64,000 bases of DNA, taken from IMG/VR virus record IMGVR_UViG_3300012956_000022, positions 4,201-68,200 of that record. One strand, written 5' to 3'. This document shows, piece after piece, positions 48,608-59,083 of the stretch. A program made the position numbers and the translations under genes. How positions within the stretch are numbered: the first letter of the stretch is position 1; each line of letters opens with the position of its first letter. This DNA comes from a virus. The notes under the pieces were generated by a model that saw only the letters and a program-made list of their open reading frames with translations, did no database searches and was not told where the DNA came from.

Positions 48608-50062
48608 TTATCCAATGCCATCCTCAGTGATATCATCAATATCAGTTGTAGGATACACGGTTGTACATGTAGGACATTCATCAATGGCATCTGTTGCAGG
48701 ACCAAAGTTGGTATTCAGGGAAACCGCTTTGTCAAGAATATCCAGTAAACCTTCCAGTGTGGTTGTTTCTCCGCAAGGAACAGCAATCAGCGTGTTCAGC
48801 TTATTTTTGTAACTTCCCCATCCGGCTTCACTCTCCTGTTCAGAGGTAATGTTAATCTGTACATACTTGCCTGTTTTGGAAGCAAGTACGGAGAAGTCTC
48901 CGATTGTCTCACCTACAAGAGCAGACTGTCTGTACACTCCAGGGAAGCCGTTCCAGCCACCTGCAATGGTTTCCAGTTGAGCTATGTCATAGCCGGCACC
49001 TTCTTCAAACACCAGATCCTGTACAGTGGTCACTGTTCCGTTGCAGGCAAAGCCTGTTGAAAGAACCACATCAAGGGCAGAACCTCTCGGGAACTCATAT
49101 TTCAGGTTTGTTTTACAGAAAGTGTTGAGTGCGGCAAAATTGGATGTCAGTCTCACAGCAATACACACTCCCGGATTAGCTGCCTTAAAGGCCGCAATGT
49201 CAGAAATGGCATAGTATGCGAAGTCAGGTGTGCTTGAAGCAGTCACTCCTGTTGTATCCGTATCTGTAAAAGTCACTGCTGCAGTAACTTCTGTTGCAGT
49301 TGTTTTCAGATAGAAGTAAACAGTGGTAGCTGTTGCTATGGCAATATACACACTTGTAGTGGTGTCGTTCACTGCTGCAGCAATTTTTGCAGCCACCTGT
49401 GCAATGGTATCATCCTCTACAACTTCCACTGCGAAACTCTCAGAACCCACACCAATTGTAATGGTGCCTGATGTAGTGACTGCACCTGCAGATACTACCA
49501 CAGAGCCACGGTAAACAAACGCATTTGCAGTGAAGATTGCCTCTGCATCATCATTGACGGCAGATACCAGTAAGCTTGCAAGCTCTACACAGTCTCCTTC
49601 AGGACAACCTCCGCAGGTTGTTTCACAGCAACTGGTTTTTACCACAAAGGTCTTGAACGGGTAGTTGGAACCATAATTGGCATAAGCCGTCTGATTTCTG
49701 ACACCCACCTTCAGTGTGTACTCCGTGTCACATGTTGCTTCAAAGCCTGTCAGGTCAATCTTCTGTGCCTGGTGAGGTGTGTAGCATCTTGCCGTATAGG
49801 CAGTGATGTTCTTCATCTGTATGATACCGGAAGATTTTACAACATCATCCAGAACACTGTCACCATCACGGTCAACCCCAACAGCAAGATAAATCTCTCT
49901 TGTGTCAGAGTCAGCAGTAGCGGTTGTAATGGATGTGTTATCCTTAGCACTGAATACACCAATCTGCCCTACGGCCAAATCAGTGATTCTGTTGTTGATG
50001 GCCAAAGGTGCAGAGTTACCGCTGGTAACAAGGACCTGGAAAACGTCATTATTCTTACTCAT
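48608..50062 (-). CDS. Conserved crAss-like structural protein (auxiliary capsid / gene 73-like)
   Basis: 484 aa, Thr/Ala-rich; third gene downstream of the MCP and followed by a terminator. Confidence 0.7.
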   Translation of the reverse strand: MSKNNDVFQVLVTSGNSAPLAINNRITDLAVGQIGVFSAKDNTSITTATADSDTREIYLAVGVDRDGDSVLDDVVKSSGIIQMKNITAYTARCYTPHQAQKIDLTGFEATCDTEYTLKVGVRNQTAYANYGSNYPFKTFVVKTSCCETTCGGCPEGDCVELASLLVSAVNDDAEAIFTANAFVYRGSVVVSAGAVTTSGTITIGVGSESFAVEVVEDDTIAQVAAKIAAAVNDTTTSVYIAIATATTVYFYLKTTATEVTAAVTFTDTDTTGVTASSTPDFAYYAISDIAAFKAANPGVCIAVRLTSNFAALNTFCKTNLKYEFPRGSALDVVLSTGFACNGTVTTVQDLVFEEGAGYDIAQLETIAGGWNGFPGVYRQSALVGETIGDFSVLASKTGKYVQINITSEQESEAGWGSYKNKLNTLIAVPCGETTTLEGLLDILDKAVSLNTNFGPATDAIDECPTCTTVYPTTDIDDITEDGIG

Positions 50063-50093
50063 TTTTTTTAGGTTTAAAAAGTTATTAATTTAT

Positions 50094-50822
50094 TTAAGAA
50101 TCTGTTAATTTAAGCTTTAGCTGTCTTGTCTGAAAATCCGGAACCTGTAAATCTCCTGATGTAATCAGCACTGCAATATCCACTATCTGTGCATGTACCT
50201 GCTGAGGCAATTCACAATCCTGATATCCTGTCAGTGCAGTTCCATCTGGCAGTGTATATCCTCCCGGCCTGTAGTCTTCTGCATTATGGATGTACTTCGG
50301 CTTTCTTATGTAGCTCATACAAACCTTGTCAATGCTGAATGTACCATCCGTGAATATCCTCAGACCTCCTGAATAAAACCTGCAGTTGACCTCTCTCCAC
50401 TCAAAACTGCTCCTGTCAAAAGGGCTTGACTCATGGTTGTCATTGTGCTGCCTTATGTAGACCTGCTCCATCAGCATTTTTTTGCACTTTCCCTTAGAGG
50501 CCTCTATCCTGTCTATCCCTACATAATGCAGATAATCATTTGGCAGCGGCATCTTATAGGATGTGGAATTAAACACTGTCGGCACAACCCCTGCTGAATC
50601 CGTTGTATTCACTACAATGGTGCTGATATCATCAATCGTCCTCTGGTTCATTTCAAACCCAAGAGAATTCCTCATCCTTGGTTCAGCTATCGTCTGTATG
50701 AAAATCCTCATGGCCTCATTCAGCTTCCAGTCAATCTCAGGTATAATCAGGTTCCGGTACTTTTGTCCATCCAGCTTGTTCAGCTTCTGCTTCAAATCAT
50801 AATGCATGTTTTTTACAGACAT
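50094..50822 (-). CDS. Ring / head-tail connector protein (gene 74-like)
   Basis: EIDWKLNEA...GFE..QR..DD...YIRKP...CELP..VH..IVD.AV. Confidence 0.8.
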   Translation of the reverse strand: MSVKNMHYDLKQKLNKLDGQKYRNLIIPEIDWKLNEAMRIFIQTIAEPRMRNSLGFEMNQRTIDDISTIVVNTTDSAGVVPTVFNSTSYKMPLPNDYLHYVGIDRIEASKGKCKKMLMEQVYIRQHNDNHESSPFDRSSFEWREVNCRFYSGGLRIFTDGTFSIDKVCMSYIRKPKYIHNAEDYRPGGYTLPDGTALTGYQDCELPQQVHAQIVDIAVLITSGDLQVPDFQTRQLKLKLTDS

Positions 50823-50844
50823 CCCTTATTACTTTTTATACCTG

Positions 50845-51636
50845 TTATTTGTTGAGCTTATCCAAAATGGCAAGCTTCAGCTTCTGGTTCTGAGGATTCA
50901 TAAAATAGCGGATTGCCTCTTCCGTGTCTGTGGCAAGCACATCTCCCATATACAGGATAGCCGCACCTTCCTTTGTCAGGATATTCCTGTGGATGGCCTC
51001 TAAAACAGCAGCCCTTGTATAGACCTCCTGTTTATCCATTTTTGCATAAAGCAAAAATTCAGCCGGCTTCTCTTCAATTATCCTGTCTATCTCTACGTCC
51101 ACAAAGTTTTCACTTCTTCCACGGACAGCTTTTGCAGACAGAATCATCACAAGATTTACCTTTTCATCCTTGGTGAGGTTCATCAGCACCTTCATGCAGT
51201 CCATTTTTTTCTGAACTTTTGTGGCCTTGATATTGACCTCCTCCTCTTCGGAATGTATCACATGGGTTGCTTCCGGCCACAGCCCCTCTTCCAGTTCCCG
51301 CAGAGAATTCGCAACATATTTGCTTGCCTTCAGGTTCAGCACCTTGATTTCATCCTGTGGTCTCTGTGTATCAAAGATCACCGTATGATTTGGCAGCTTT
51401 ATTCTTGCACTTTGCGTACTCCAGTAGGGATGCGGCTTCGTAACATCAAACCTGTCAGATAAGTCGTAACCTGTCAGTTTAGACAGCCTTTCCTCATCTT
51501 CAGGGCTGAGTCCCGTGGCATACTTGCCTGTTTTCTCGTCACAAAGAACTTCAATTGTGGTGGGTTGACCAAAAGCCTCTTTACCTGCTTTTCCATGCCA
51601 CCTTTTTACGTCAACTGGTTTTACTTCTACTGTCAT
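50845..51636 (-). CDS. Conserved crAss-like protein (gene 75-like)
   Basis: 263 aa, directly downstream of the MCP; YATGL...YFMNPQNQ. Confidence 0.75.
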   Translation of the reverse strand: MTVEVKPVDVKRWHGKAGKEAFGQPTTIEVLCDEKTGKYATGLSPEDEERLSKLTGYDLSDRFDVTKPHPYWSTQSARIKLPNHTVIFDTQRPQDEIKVLNLKASKYVANSLRELEEGLWPEATHVIHSEEEEVNIKATKVQKKMDCMKVLMNLTKDEKVNLVMILSAKAVRGRSENFVDVEIDRIIEEKPAEFLLYAKMDKQEVYTRAAVLEAIHRNILTKEGAAILYMGDVLATDTEEAIRYFMNPQNQKLKLAILDKLNK

Positions 51637-51663
51637 TTTCTTTTATTTTACAATTTAATACTT

Positions 51664-51710
51664 AAAACTCCTTCGGATGGAGGGGCTGTTATCAGGCAGC
51701 CCCCCTTTGT
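51664..51710 (-). terminator. Terminator/stability hairpins after the MCP gene
   Basis: On the - strand: GGGGCTG...CAGCCCC stem, then CTCC...GGAG-TTTT. Confidence 0.6.
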
Positions 51711-51738
51711 TATGAAAAACAAGAACTGTGAAAGAACA

Positions 51739-53190
51739 TTAGTTTCTTGACAGAATCAGCTCTCCGCAGCGGGACACGTCTTCAATGTGAATACCACACT
51801 GTTTTTTGACATGCATCTCATAGTAGTCTCCTGAGTGTGCAGAAGGCCCCTTGGTAACAGGTCCGTAAGGAGACTGTAAACCCTGGATGTAAGTCAATGA
51901 CATTCCGTTTGTTTTGTTCACCATGGACAGGTTTGAACTGGTACCTTCTCCTGAAAAGTCAAGGAAAGTAAATCTCATGGACTCTTTAGGGAAACCTGTG
52001 ATAGGATCAATTTCAAAGTTGATTTCACGGTCATCATAAAGAGGGTTGTGTACCAGGTCAAGTTCGGCCCCGTTAGCCATGCGGTATTTCACAAACTGAT
52101 AGCCGGCAGACAATGCATTTGCATGCAAAGGAGAGGCAACCTTATCTGTAAACACTTCCACATTCTTAATGAATCCGGATTTGTTCATCCAGTCCTGAAT
52201 GGCACGGTGGAAAATCAACATTCCGTATTCTCCTGTAAAGGCCTTGATTTTACGGCCTGCACCCGGCTTCACTCTTGAGTAGAAGATATCCATCAGATAT
52301 TCTTCAATCAGGGTAGAAGTAAGGTGAGAGTAACGGTGTACATGGGAATCTTCCAGTTGCTCCTGGATACCAGGGCCGGAGTAGATAGGTCTTCCCGTTG
52401 AACCAAGAACGGAGTTGGTGCTTCTTGAGTACCAGGAGCCTCTTTCGAGTTCCTTGTACCATTGTTGCCAGTACTCCACTTCAGCATACTTTATCCAGCT
52501 GTTCTGCATGGTTCCTTTGGAATCAGGAATTTTAACTGCCAGAACTTCGTTTGCAGCATCTCCTGTCACCATGTACTGTTTACGGTACCGGGACATTCTG
52601 TTCTTCATGGAGATTGGCAGGCTGTACTGGGTTGAACCGGATTGCTGACCTCCTTCCTCATATTGAGAATAGAGTTTTGCCCACTGTGTTCCTGCAGCAA
52701 GATACTGCAAAGGAAGATACGCTGCAAAGTCGTCATTCATCAGGCGAACTTCGTACACCCATCCTGAACCATGTCTGAATGGTGCTTCCTGGATACGGCA
52801 CTGATACTTCTTGTTAGAGGTACCCGGGCTCAATACGTCACCGGCAATAAACCAGTTCTCATCCAGTTTGATGCGGAATGGCGTTTTTCCAACACCAGGC
52901 TTCAGGTTAGAAGCAGGCTCCACATTTTCAAGAACCACCAAAGGTCTTGTGGTAGCTGACTTCAGTGACCATTCCCACTCCGTAGAATTGCTTGATCTCT
53001 CCATGCCAAACTGAGACAATATGCTCGTAAGAGGATTGTCTGAGTACTGAAATGCGGTGAACAATTTTGTCAGTTTGCTCTCGAATATCTCCGGCTTTGC
53101 AATCAGGGCTGCACCAAGATGGTTCATCTCCGTCATGTTAGCATGCCAAGGCATTCTTTTTGTGATTAATCTGCTTTCAACATTTGCCAT
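51739..53190 (-). CDS. Major capsid protein
   Basis: 483 aa, in the order portal-scaffold-MCP. Motifs GPGIQEQLE and LVHNPLYDD recalled from crAss-like MCPs. Confidence 0.9.
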   Translation of the reverse strand: MANVESRLITKRMPWHANMTEMNHLGAALIAKPEIFESKLTKLFTAFQYSDNPLTSILSQFGMERSSNSTEWEWSLKSATTRPLVVLENVEPASNLKPGVGKTPFRIKLDENWFIAGDVLSPGTSNKKYQCRIQEAPFRHGSGWVYEVRLMNDDFAAYLPLQYLAAGTQWAKLYSQYEEGGQQSGSTQYSLPISMKNRMSRYRKQYMVTGDAANEVLAVKIPDSKGTMQNSWIKYAEVEYWQQWYKELERGSWYSRSTNSVLGSTGRPIYSGPGIQEQLEDSHVHRYSHLTSTLIEEYLMDIFYSRVKPGAGRKIKAFTGEYGMLIFHRAIQDWMNKSGFIKNVEVFTDKVASPLHANALSAGYQFVKYRMANGAELDLVHNPLYDDREINFEIDPITGFPKESMRFTFLDFSGEGTSSNLSMVNKTNGMSLTYIQGLQSPYGPVTKGPSAHSGDYYEMHVKKQCGIHIEDVSRCGELILSRN

Positions 53191-53232
53191 TTTTTAGTTG
53201 TGTTTTATTTATGTTTAAAAATCGTTTTAAAA

Positions 53233-54462
53233 TCAGAATCTTTCAGCCAAAGATTTTCCTCCTCCTTCTGAGCCTGACAGTCCTCTTGTCCTTCCCTGGA
53301 ATAAGCCGGTTCTTCTTACCTTTTCCACCAGCTCCGTTGCTCCCTTTTCCTTGATACTGCTCAGGTCCAACTGGTTTTTTACCAGTTTTGCCAGTACCAG
53401 CAGTTCAGGTTTTCCCCACAGTTTCTGTATGTCAGCCTGAAGACCGGTTATGTACTTGTTCTTTGCCACCTTCACAGTGGGCTTTACAATGTACGGAATA
53501 AGACCATTCTTACTGTCCCTGTCTTCCTTTGTAAAAGTCATTCCAGAGATGGTTTTTGCAGTGGCAAGCGTATCAGAGATGTTCTTCTCAAAACCTTGCC
53601 TTTTTTGCACTTCCTCCTCTTCTTTCCTTTTAAGGTCAATGAGCAACTGGTCTTTCTTTTTCCTGTCTTCCTCTTCCATCAGGTCATGGTACTTCTTAGC
53701 ATACTTTTCGAGCTTCTTGTTTTCCACAGCCCAGTCAATCTTGCTTTCTATATCCTCTTCCTCCACATGCTCCACTGTCTTATAATAGTGTCGCAGTATT
53801 GCCTTCTGTCCCTCATCCGTTTCCAGATCAGCAGTAGGCAAGTCAAGGGAGCTGGCATAGGCTTTCATGAATGCCTGTGTACTTCCTCCGGCCCTTTTAA
53901 ACTTCATGAATGCCACTGCATCAGCATCCAGTTGTTCAAAAAAAGCATCAAAGCTCTCCTCCACACGGCTTTCAACCTCAAGGTCCTGAAGTTCGATAAA
54001 CTTATCTTCGTCTATCTCCTCTCCTTCCTCAAGTTCAATGGCCTGGAAGATGCCTTTTTCCACTAAGGTTCCTGTTAAGTTTTTAAAGAACTGCTTTTCC
54101 TCTTCAGGGGTTGCAAAAACCTTGTCTGAATCTGATGCCCGGTTCTCATCATCGGGGGTATCCTCTTTCTGTTCCTTTTCATTGAAGAAGTCATCTTCCT
54201 GCTGTGCAAATTCATCATTGTCTTCTTCCTCTTCATTTTTCTTTCCAGCACTCTTTCCTTCAGGAGCAGCCTTTGGAGCTTTTTTCTCAGGTTTCTCTAA
54301 AGGGATATCTTCGTCATCATCCCTTACCTGCTTTAGTACTTTTGACACTTCTGCCTTTTCTTCTTTCTGCGGGGGAGGAAAGAACTGGGAGTCATCATCC
54401 CAAAAACCCTCGTCCACCAATGTCAAATTCTCATCCTTTACATTTTCATTCTTGGTACTCAT
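53233..54462 (-). CDS. Capsid scaffold-like protein (gene 77-like)
   Basis: Highly acidic N-terminus plus a coiled coil; lies between portal and MCP. Start taken at ATG 54462. Confidence 0.75.
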   Translation of the reverse strand: MSTKNENVKDENLTLVDEGFWDDDSQFFPPPQKEEKAEVSKVLKQVRDDDEDIPLEKPEKKAPKAAPEGKSAGKKNEEEEDNDEFAQQEDDFFNEKEQKEDTPDDENRASDSDKVFATPEEEKQFFKNLTGTLVEKGIFQAIELEEGEEIDEDKFIELQDLEVESRVEESFDAFFEQLDADAVAFMKFKRAGGSTQAFMKAYASSLDLPTADLETDEGQKAILRHYYKTVEHVEEEDIESKIDWAVENKKLEKYAKKYHDLMEEEDRKKKDQLLIDLKRKEEEEVQKRQGFEKNISDTLATAKTISGMTFTKEDRDSKNGLIPYIVKPTVKVAKNKYITGLQADIQKLWGKPELLVLAKLVKNQLDLSSIKEKGATELVEKVRRTGLFQGRTRGLSGSEGGGKSLAERF

Positions 54463-54468
54463 GTGAAA

Positions 54469-54501
54469 CAAATTTAAGTTTAAAAATTAATATTCCTCAA
54501 G
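54469..54501 (-). promoter_or_regulatory. Putative Bacteroidota sigma-A promoter
   Basis: TAAATTTG matches the TAnnTTTG -7 element, with a TTG about 20 nt upstream. Confidence 0.5.
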
Positions 54502-54539
54502 TTTTTTTCTTAAACATTGCGTAAGAATGTTTATAGCTT

Positions 54540-56930
54540 TTATTTAGGTGATTTTTTACTTTCTATCTTCTTTCTCTCCAGTTCGAGCTTTTTCTGATCC
54601 ATTTCCTTATCATACTCAAACTTTTTCTCATCAAGATTCTGCTTTCTTGTCTTTATCTCCACATCCAGGCCATGTTTGTATATTTCAAGAACATCCGGTT
54701 CACCATCTCCGTCTTCATCCTTATTAGGATCAAAGCCCTGTGACAGCATAGCCTGTTTCTGAAGTTCTGTTTTTCTTCTTTCTTCTTCTTTCAGGATAAT
54801 CATTTCCTTTTCGTGGTCCCACTCTTCCCTCTGGTGTTCCTGTTTCTGTCTTTCCAACTGAATCTGAGACTGCTGCTGTGCCGTATTCATCTGCATATTA
54901 TCCTGACGTTTCTTGTCTTCGGCAGCCTCCAGTATTTCCTCAGCCTCCTGAACACCCTCACTTCTGATGGTCTTGATTACCGCTGAAAGGTCTATCATCT
55001 GATTTTGCATACCTGCTTGTGCCAGTGCCTCTATACTCTGTTTAGCTTCAAATGCCCTGGAAGAATTGCTTACAAACACCCCTACGGTAGAGTTTGCCAG
55101 TATCTCTGTATCCACGGTAAGCATGTGGTAGGTCATGTCATCCGTCATGTAAGCCAGTTTTCTCGGCTTCTTAGTAGAGTACACAACTTTAGCTACATCC
55201 AGCAGCTGCTGAAGAACCTCTCTTTTGATATTATTGAACAGCTCAAAGTAAGGCTCCAGTATGTAAGAGTTCTGCACTATGTTCTGTCTTGTATTGGTAA
55301 CCGCTTCATCAGGCCCTATCTGCCCTTCCATATTCTTCGGAATGCCTACTGCGTTTCCGCATCTTTCTTCTATGTATTCGGCAAGGCCTATATACTTCTG
55401 TATGTCAGAAGCAAGAGACATATCTATCTCTTTTGCAAGCGTGGTCACATCCTGGGAGTTCCTGTTGCCTTCCTCATTCGGGTTCACATACATTATCTTG
55501 GTGGCATCTGCATAGTAGTTCCACTTGGCAATATCTATACCGGCTGTCTTAGGAATGGCATTCAGGTTCATCATCAGCATCTTTCCCTTGTCAGAAGCCA
55601 TCAACAGCTCTATCCTGTAAAGAATGATATTGTAGTAGTACTGATACCCCTTCATCCTGTCCATAGGTGCAGTGATGGCTGAGTTCATGTCATCATGTGC
55701 AGCACCTATATAAGACAAAGGACATTCATACAGATTATCCATATCAAAAATCTGTCCCGGAACCGGCCTCATCAGTTTGTATATATCAGAGCCTATTCTG
55801 TATCCTTCGTGTTTTTCAGGCACCCACATCCACTCTACAGAGATATCCCCGTTCTTTTTATTAAGCTTATAGTCATCCGATACTATCATCATCTGGGGGC
55901 CTTCCTTTCCCTGATAGGAAAGAAACCCTATTTTCTTTTCACTCTTCCACTCATAATGTCTTACCTCTATGGTACCTGCCGTATCATGTATGTTCTCCGT
56001 AAAACTGAAATCAGAATAAGCCGTGCCTTCAGGATACGCTGTCTGCAGTTTTCTTCTCTCCTCATCTGTCAGGTCAAATACAGAGCATATCTGAGAGAGG
56101 TTCATGTAGTATCTTGCACATGCCCAGGAACCATCCTGTATCCTATCTATATCAGGGCCCCTGTCCCAGTCAAAGTGCAACGGATTTACTACCTTCAGTG
56201 CCGGTTCATCCCTTATCACCCCTACCCAGAATATAGCAGGACCTGCAAGTACAGAGTGCTTCCAGCCCTTATTGAACTTCTCAGGAATCCTTTCTTTCTT
56301 TATCAGATATTCCAGCAACTGATGATTCAACGCTTCAGCGGGATCCTGATGTTCCCGCTTCATGTATTTCCTTACCCTATCGGGAGTCTGTGCAGCGAGC
56401 TCCTGCTGTATTTTCTCTTCCACTTCCTTTGCCTGCTCCGGTGTCAGTTGTTTTCCCTGGGACTCTTCCTGGTATTTTTTTGCAATGCTTGCCTTCAGCG
56501 GCATCATAATGCTGTTGACCACAAACTCCTGTATCTTTCCAAACTCCACCTCCTCTTTTCTTGTTGTGGCTTCTTCATTGACAGCCATCACCTTCCACTT
56601 AAAAGGCCTCTTCATCTCCATTCCCAACAGCACCTTAATCTTACCTGATACTATATCCCTGTTTGTGAGGGTTGCAGGAAGTTCTCCCATCTCTGAACCA
56701 TAAGGCTTGCAGACATATTCAAGTTCCTTGACATTAAGTATATTATTGAAAAGGTCATAGTTCACCTTCATCCTGCTGTACTCACTCACCTGCTGAAAGC
56801 CGGTATTTCTGTTAAATGCAGTTGCTCCTATCTTATCAATGTGGCCCTTATACCACATGAAATCATCTTTCTCTTTTTCACGTTGTGTAAGTCTTTCGGT
56901 TAGCAGGTCTGCTGCAGTAAGATTATCCAT
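54540..56930 (-). CDS. Portal protein
   Basis: About 796 aa, directly downstream of TerL. crAss portal-like motifs KIKVLLG.E..RP and YQYYYNI; C-terminal coiled coil with DxDGDG. Confidence 0.9.
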   Translation of the reverse strand: MDNLTAADLLTERLTQREKEKDDFMWYKGHIDKIGATAFNRNTGFQQVSEYSRMKVNYDLFNNILNVKELEYVCKPYGSEMGELPATLTNRDIVSGKIKVLLGMEMKRPFKWKVMAVNEEATTRKEEVEFGKIQEFVVNSIMMPLKASIAKKYQEESQGKQLTPEQAKEVEEKIQQELAAQTPDRVRKYMKREHQDPAEALNHQLLEYLIKKERIPEKFNKGWKHSVLAGPAIFWVGVIRDEPALKVVNPLHFDWDRGPDIDRIQDGSWACARYYMNLSQICSVFDLTDEERRKLQTAYPEGTAYSDFSFTENIHDTAGTIEVRHYEWKSEKKIGFLSYQGKEGPQMMIVSDDYKLNKKNGDISVEWMWVPEKHEGYRIGSDIYKLMRPVPGQIFDMDNLYECPLSYIGAAHDDMNSAITAPMDRMKGYQYYYNIILYRIELLMASDKGKMLMMNLNAIPKTAGIDIAKWNYYADATKIMYVNPNEEGNRNSQDVTTLAKEIDMSLASDIQKYIGLAEYIEERCGNAVGIPKNMEGQIGPDEAVTNTRQNIVQNSYILEPYFELFNNIKREVLQQLLDVAKVVYSTKKPRKLAYMTDDMTYHMLTVDTEILANSTVGVFVSNSSRAFEAKQSIEALAQAGMQNQMIDLSAVIKTIRSEGVQEAEEILEAAEDKKRQDNMQMNTAQQQSQIQLERQKQEHQREEWDHEKEMIILKEEERRKTELQKQAMLSQGFDPNKDEDGDGEPDVLEIYKHGLDVEIKTRKQNLDEKKFEYDKEMDQKKLELERKKIESKKSPK

Positions 56931-56941
56931 ATACAAATTTA

Positions 56942-59083
56942 TCAGTTTCTACGATGAAGTTTCTGGAAAAATTCCTGCAAGTCTTTTGCATTTCCTGTGT
57001 TTTCGCTATTTCCATATTCTTTAGCCAGATCTTCTTCCTCCTCCTGAAAGAGTACCTGCATGAGTGCCATCACCCGGTCAAAGTTACCTTTTCTATTGTA
57101 CAAAATCAACTCTTCCAGCAAACCCGGAGAGTTAATATAATCTATTGTAGTTAAAACTCTTCCATTTTCATCAACATCCTGCTCCCTGAGCAGCCATGTG
57201 TTGATATACTTCTCTCCGGCATCCTTCATCTTTTCATTCATGTGGCACCCGTATACCCTGGCCACCTTGCTTTCCTGTATATTGGCTTTAATTACCCTAT
57301 CAGGCTGGGCCGCAAGAAGATGCAATTTCTTTCTCCTCATGAAATAACTCTTCACATGTGTCACCTCATTTTCATGCATGCCCTCTGTATTATACAGCTC
57401 AATCAGGTACTCAAATATCTGGTTCACCATATCTGCATTTTCAGGCCTTCCTACATATTCAGCCACAATCACATCCTTTGATGTGCTGTACTTATGCACT
57501 CCCTTTTTAACATATATTGACGAAAGTGAAGAGCCTTTATCCTGCCGGTATGGATCATATCCTATTTTATACAGTCCTTTAGGTGTCCCCTCTACAGGAT
57601 ATTCGTATATCACAACACAGCCGGCAAGATTTTCCGTTTTTGGCTTATAGTTCCATACAGGAGTAAGCTCCCCTTTCAAATCAGGCTTTGCCCGCACTTT
57701 TCCACTTTCATCTTTGTACAGCGTAACCGGCTGCCCTTTTATCACATTCAGGTTCTCCCTGTTCACCAGGTTAAGTCTGTTTCTCAATTCCACTACCGGA
57801 AAATGATTGGTGCTTACCGTCAGGAAAGCCTCTGCAGGACAAAACGGGTGTTCCTGTACCCTTTTCTGAATAATCAGTGAGCCATTGGAAGATATCTTAA
57901 GCAATCTCTCCCTCTCCTTCTTCTCATCTTCTATGGCAAGGTCCTTGAAAGATACACCTGTTTCCGTATCATAATACCCTTCCCTATTCCAGTACATAGG
58001 ATGGAAAAATCCACAGTTCGTGTTTTCAGAATCTTCATCCCAGATATTCTGCATAGGAAACAGTCCATACTCTGCAGGATTGTAAAACATGTGTGCAAAA
58101 TCTGCAGTGCCACCTTCCATATCACCACCGGTTCCAAATATGATAATCTGTCCTGTGATAAATTTACCTGCAGAAAGGCCTGGTGCCGTTGCCAGATAAC
58201 TGTCCTCCAGATTGGGAAATGCTCCGGCCTCTTCCAAAAGCACATACTCCGCATCCTTACCACGGGCAGCATCGGGATTGTCCTTGAATGTCACAGCCAT
58301 AATCGTTGACATGTAACCGGCTTCTGAAGCCACCCCTTCATTTACCTCCTTATAAGAGGCCCTTTTCATATCCTGCTTGTCCACAAACTCCCTGCTCTTT
58401 GTCCAGCCGGTATTTGTATTTAAGAAGTTCAGGTAATCAGATGCCATACCCATGGTACCCTCAGGATACAGGTATTTCTTGTCAAAGGCCCCTATGATAG
58501 TAAGACTATCAGGAACCGTATTGTATATGTTTGCACAAATGGCTCCGTTCTTATAACTGTATCCCTTCCGTCTTGCCTTACCCACTATGACATGATAGCC
58601 TCCTGTCAGGTAATCAGGCTGTACCCTTACCTCAAGTCCCAGGGAGTTGTATATTCTTTTCAGCTCTTTAGCCTGCTCTTCTGTGGGAAGAGAATATACC
58701 TCATCGTTCTGCTCCTGAGTGGTAATACCCACATCCAGTATTCCGTACCTTGCAATATCCAGTGTCCAGAAATAATTATAATCACCATCCCAAAAGTGCG
58801 GCATGGTATTTTTCTTCTTTGCAACCTTCTTTGAAATCTGTACGGCAACCTGTATGGGAGAGAAATTCAGATAGTGATAATGATGTCCGGTTATTCTGGC
58901 TCCTCCTGTGGAGTAACCTTCCCTGCATCTTTTCAACTGCTCATCCCAGTAGTCCTTCCATCCCGGAGAACCAAAAGGATCAGGACAATAGTACTTATGC
59001 TTCATGAAGTGCATGGCCTCTTCTCTGAAGCACTGCGTATTCACAAATATTCCGTCAGGATTCCTTACCGCATTAACCTGCAT
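56942..59083 (-). CDS. terL: Terminase large subunit
   Basis: ITGHHYHYLNF, Walker A-like KARRKGYSY, Walker B VLLEEAG, GTGG, and nuclease motifs GYDPY and NFDRV. Confidence 0.95.
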   Translation of the reverse strand: MQVNAVRNPDGIFVNTQCFREEAMHFMKHKYYCPDPFGSPGWKDYWDEQLKRCREGYSTGGARITGHHYHYLNFSPIQVAVQISKKVAKKKNTMPHFWDGDYNYFWTLDIARYGILDVGITTQEQNDEVYSLPTEEQAKELKRIYNSLGLEVRVQPDYLTGGYHVIVGKARRKGYSYKNGAICANIYNTVPDSLTIIGAFDKKYLYPEGTMGMASDYLNFLNTNTGWTKSREFVDKQDMKRASYKEVNEGVASEAGYMSTIMAVTFKDNPDAARGKDAEYVLLEEAGAFPNLEDSYLATAPGLSAGKFITGQIIIFGTGGDMEGGTADFAHMFYNPAEYGLFPMQNIWDEDSENTNCGFFHPMYWNREGYYDTETGVSFKDLAIEDEKKERERLLKISSNGSLIIQKRVQEHPFCPAEAFLTVSTNHFPVVELRNRLNLVNRENLNVIKGQPVTLYKDESGKVRAKPDLKGELTPVWNYKPKTENLAGCVVIYEYPVEGTPKGLYKIGYDPYRQDKGSSLSSIYVKKGVHKYSTSKDVIVAEYVGRPENADMVNQIFEYLIELYNTEGMHENEVTHVKSYFMRRKKLHLLAAQPDRVIKANIQESKVARVYGCHMNEKMKDAGEKYINTWLLREQDVDENGRVLTTIDYINSPGLLEELILYNRKGNFDRVMALMQVLFQEEEEDLAKEYGNSENTGNAKDLQEFFQKLHRRN

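Noticed and set aside
51739-59083. Introns or inteins in terL, portal or MCP
   Set aside because: The ORFs are uninterrupted, of ordinary length, and show no intein or homing-endonuclease motifs.
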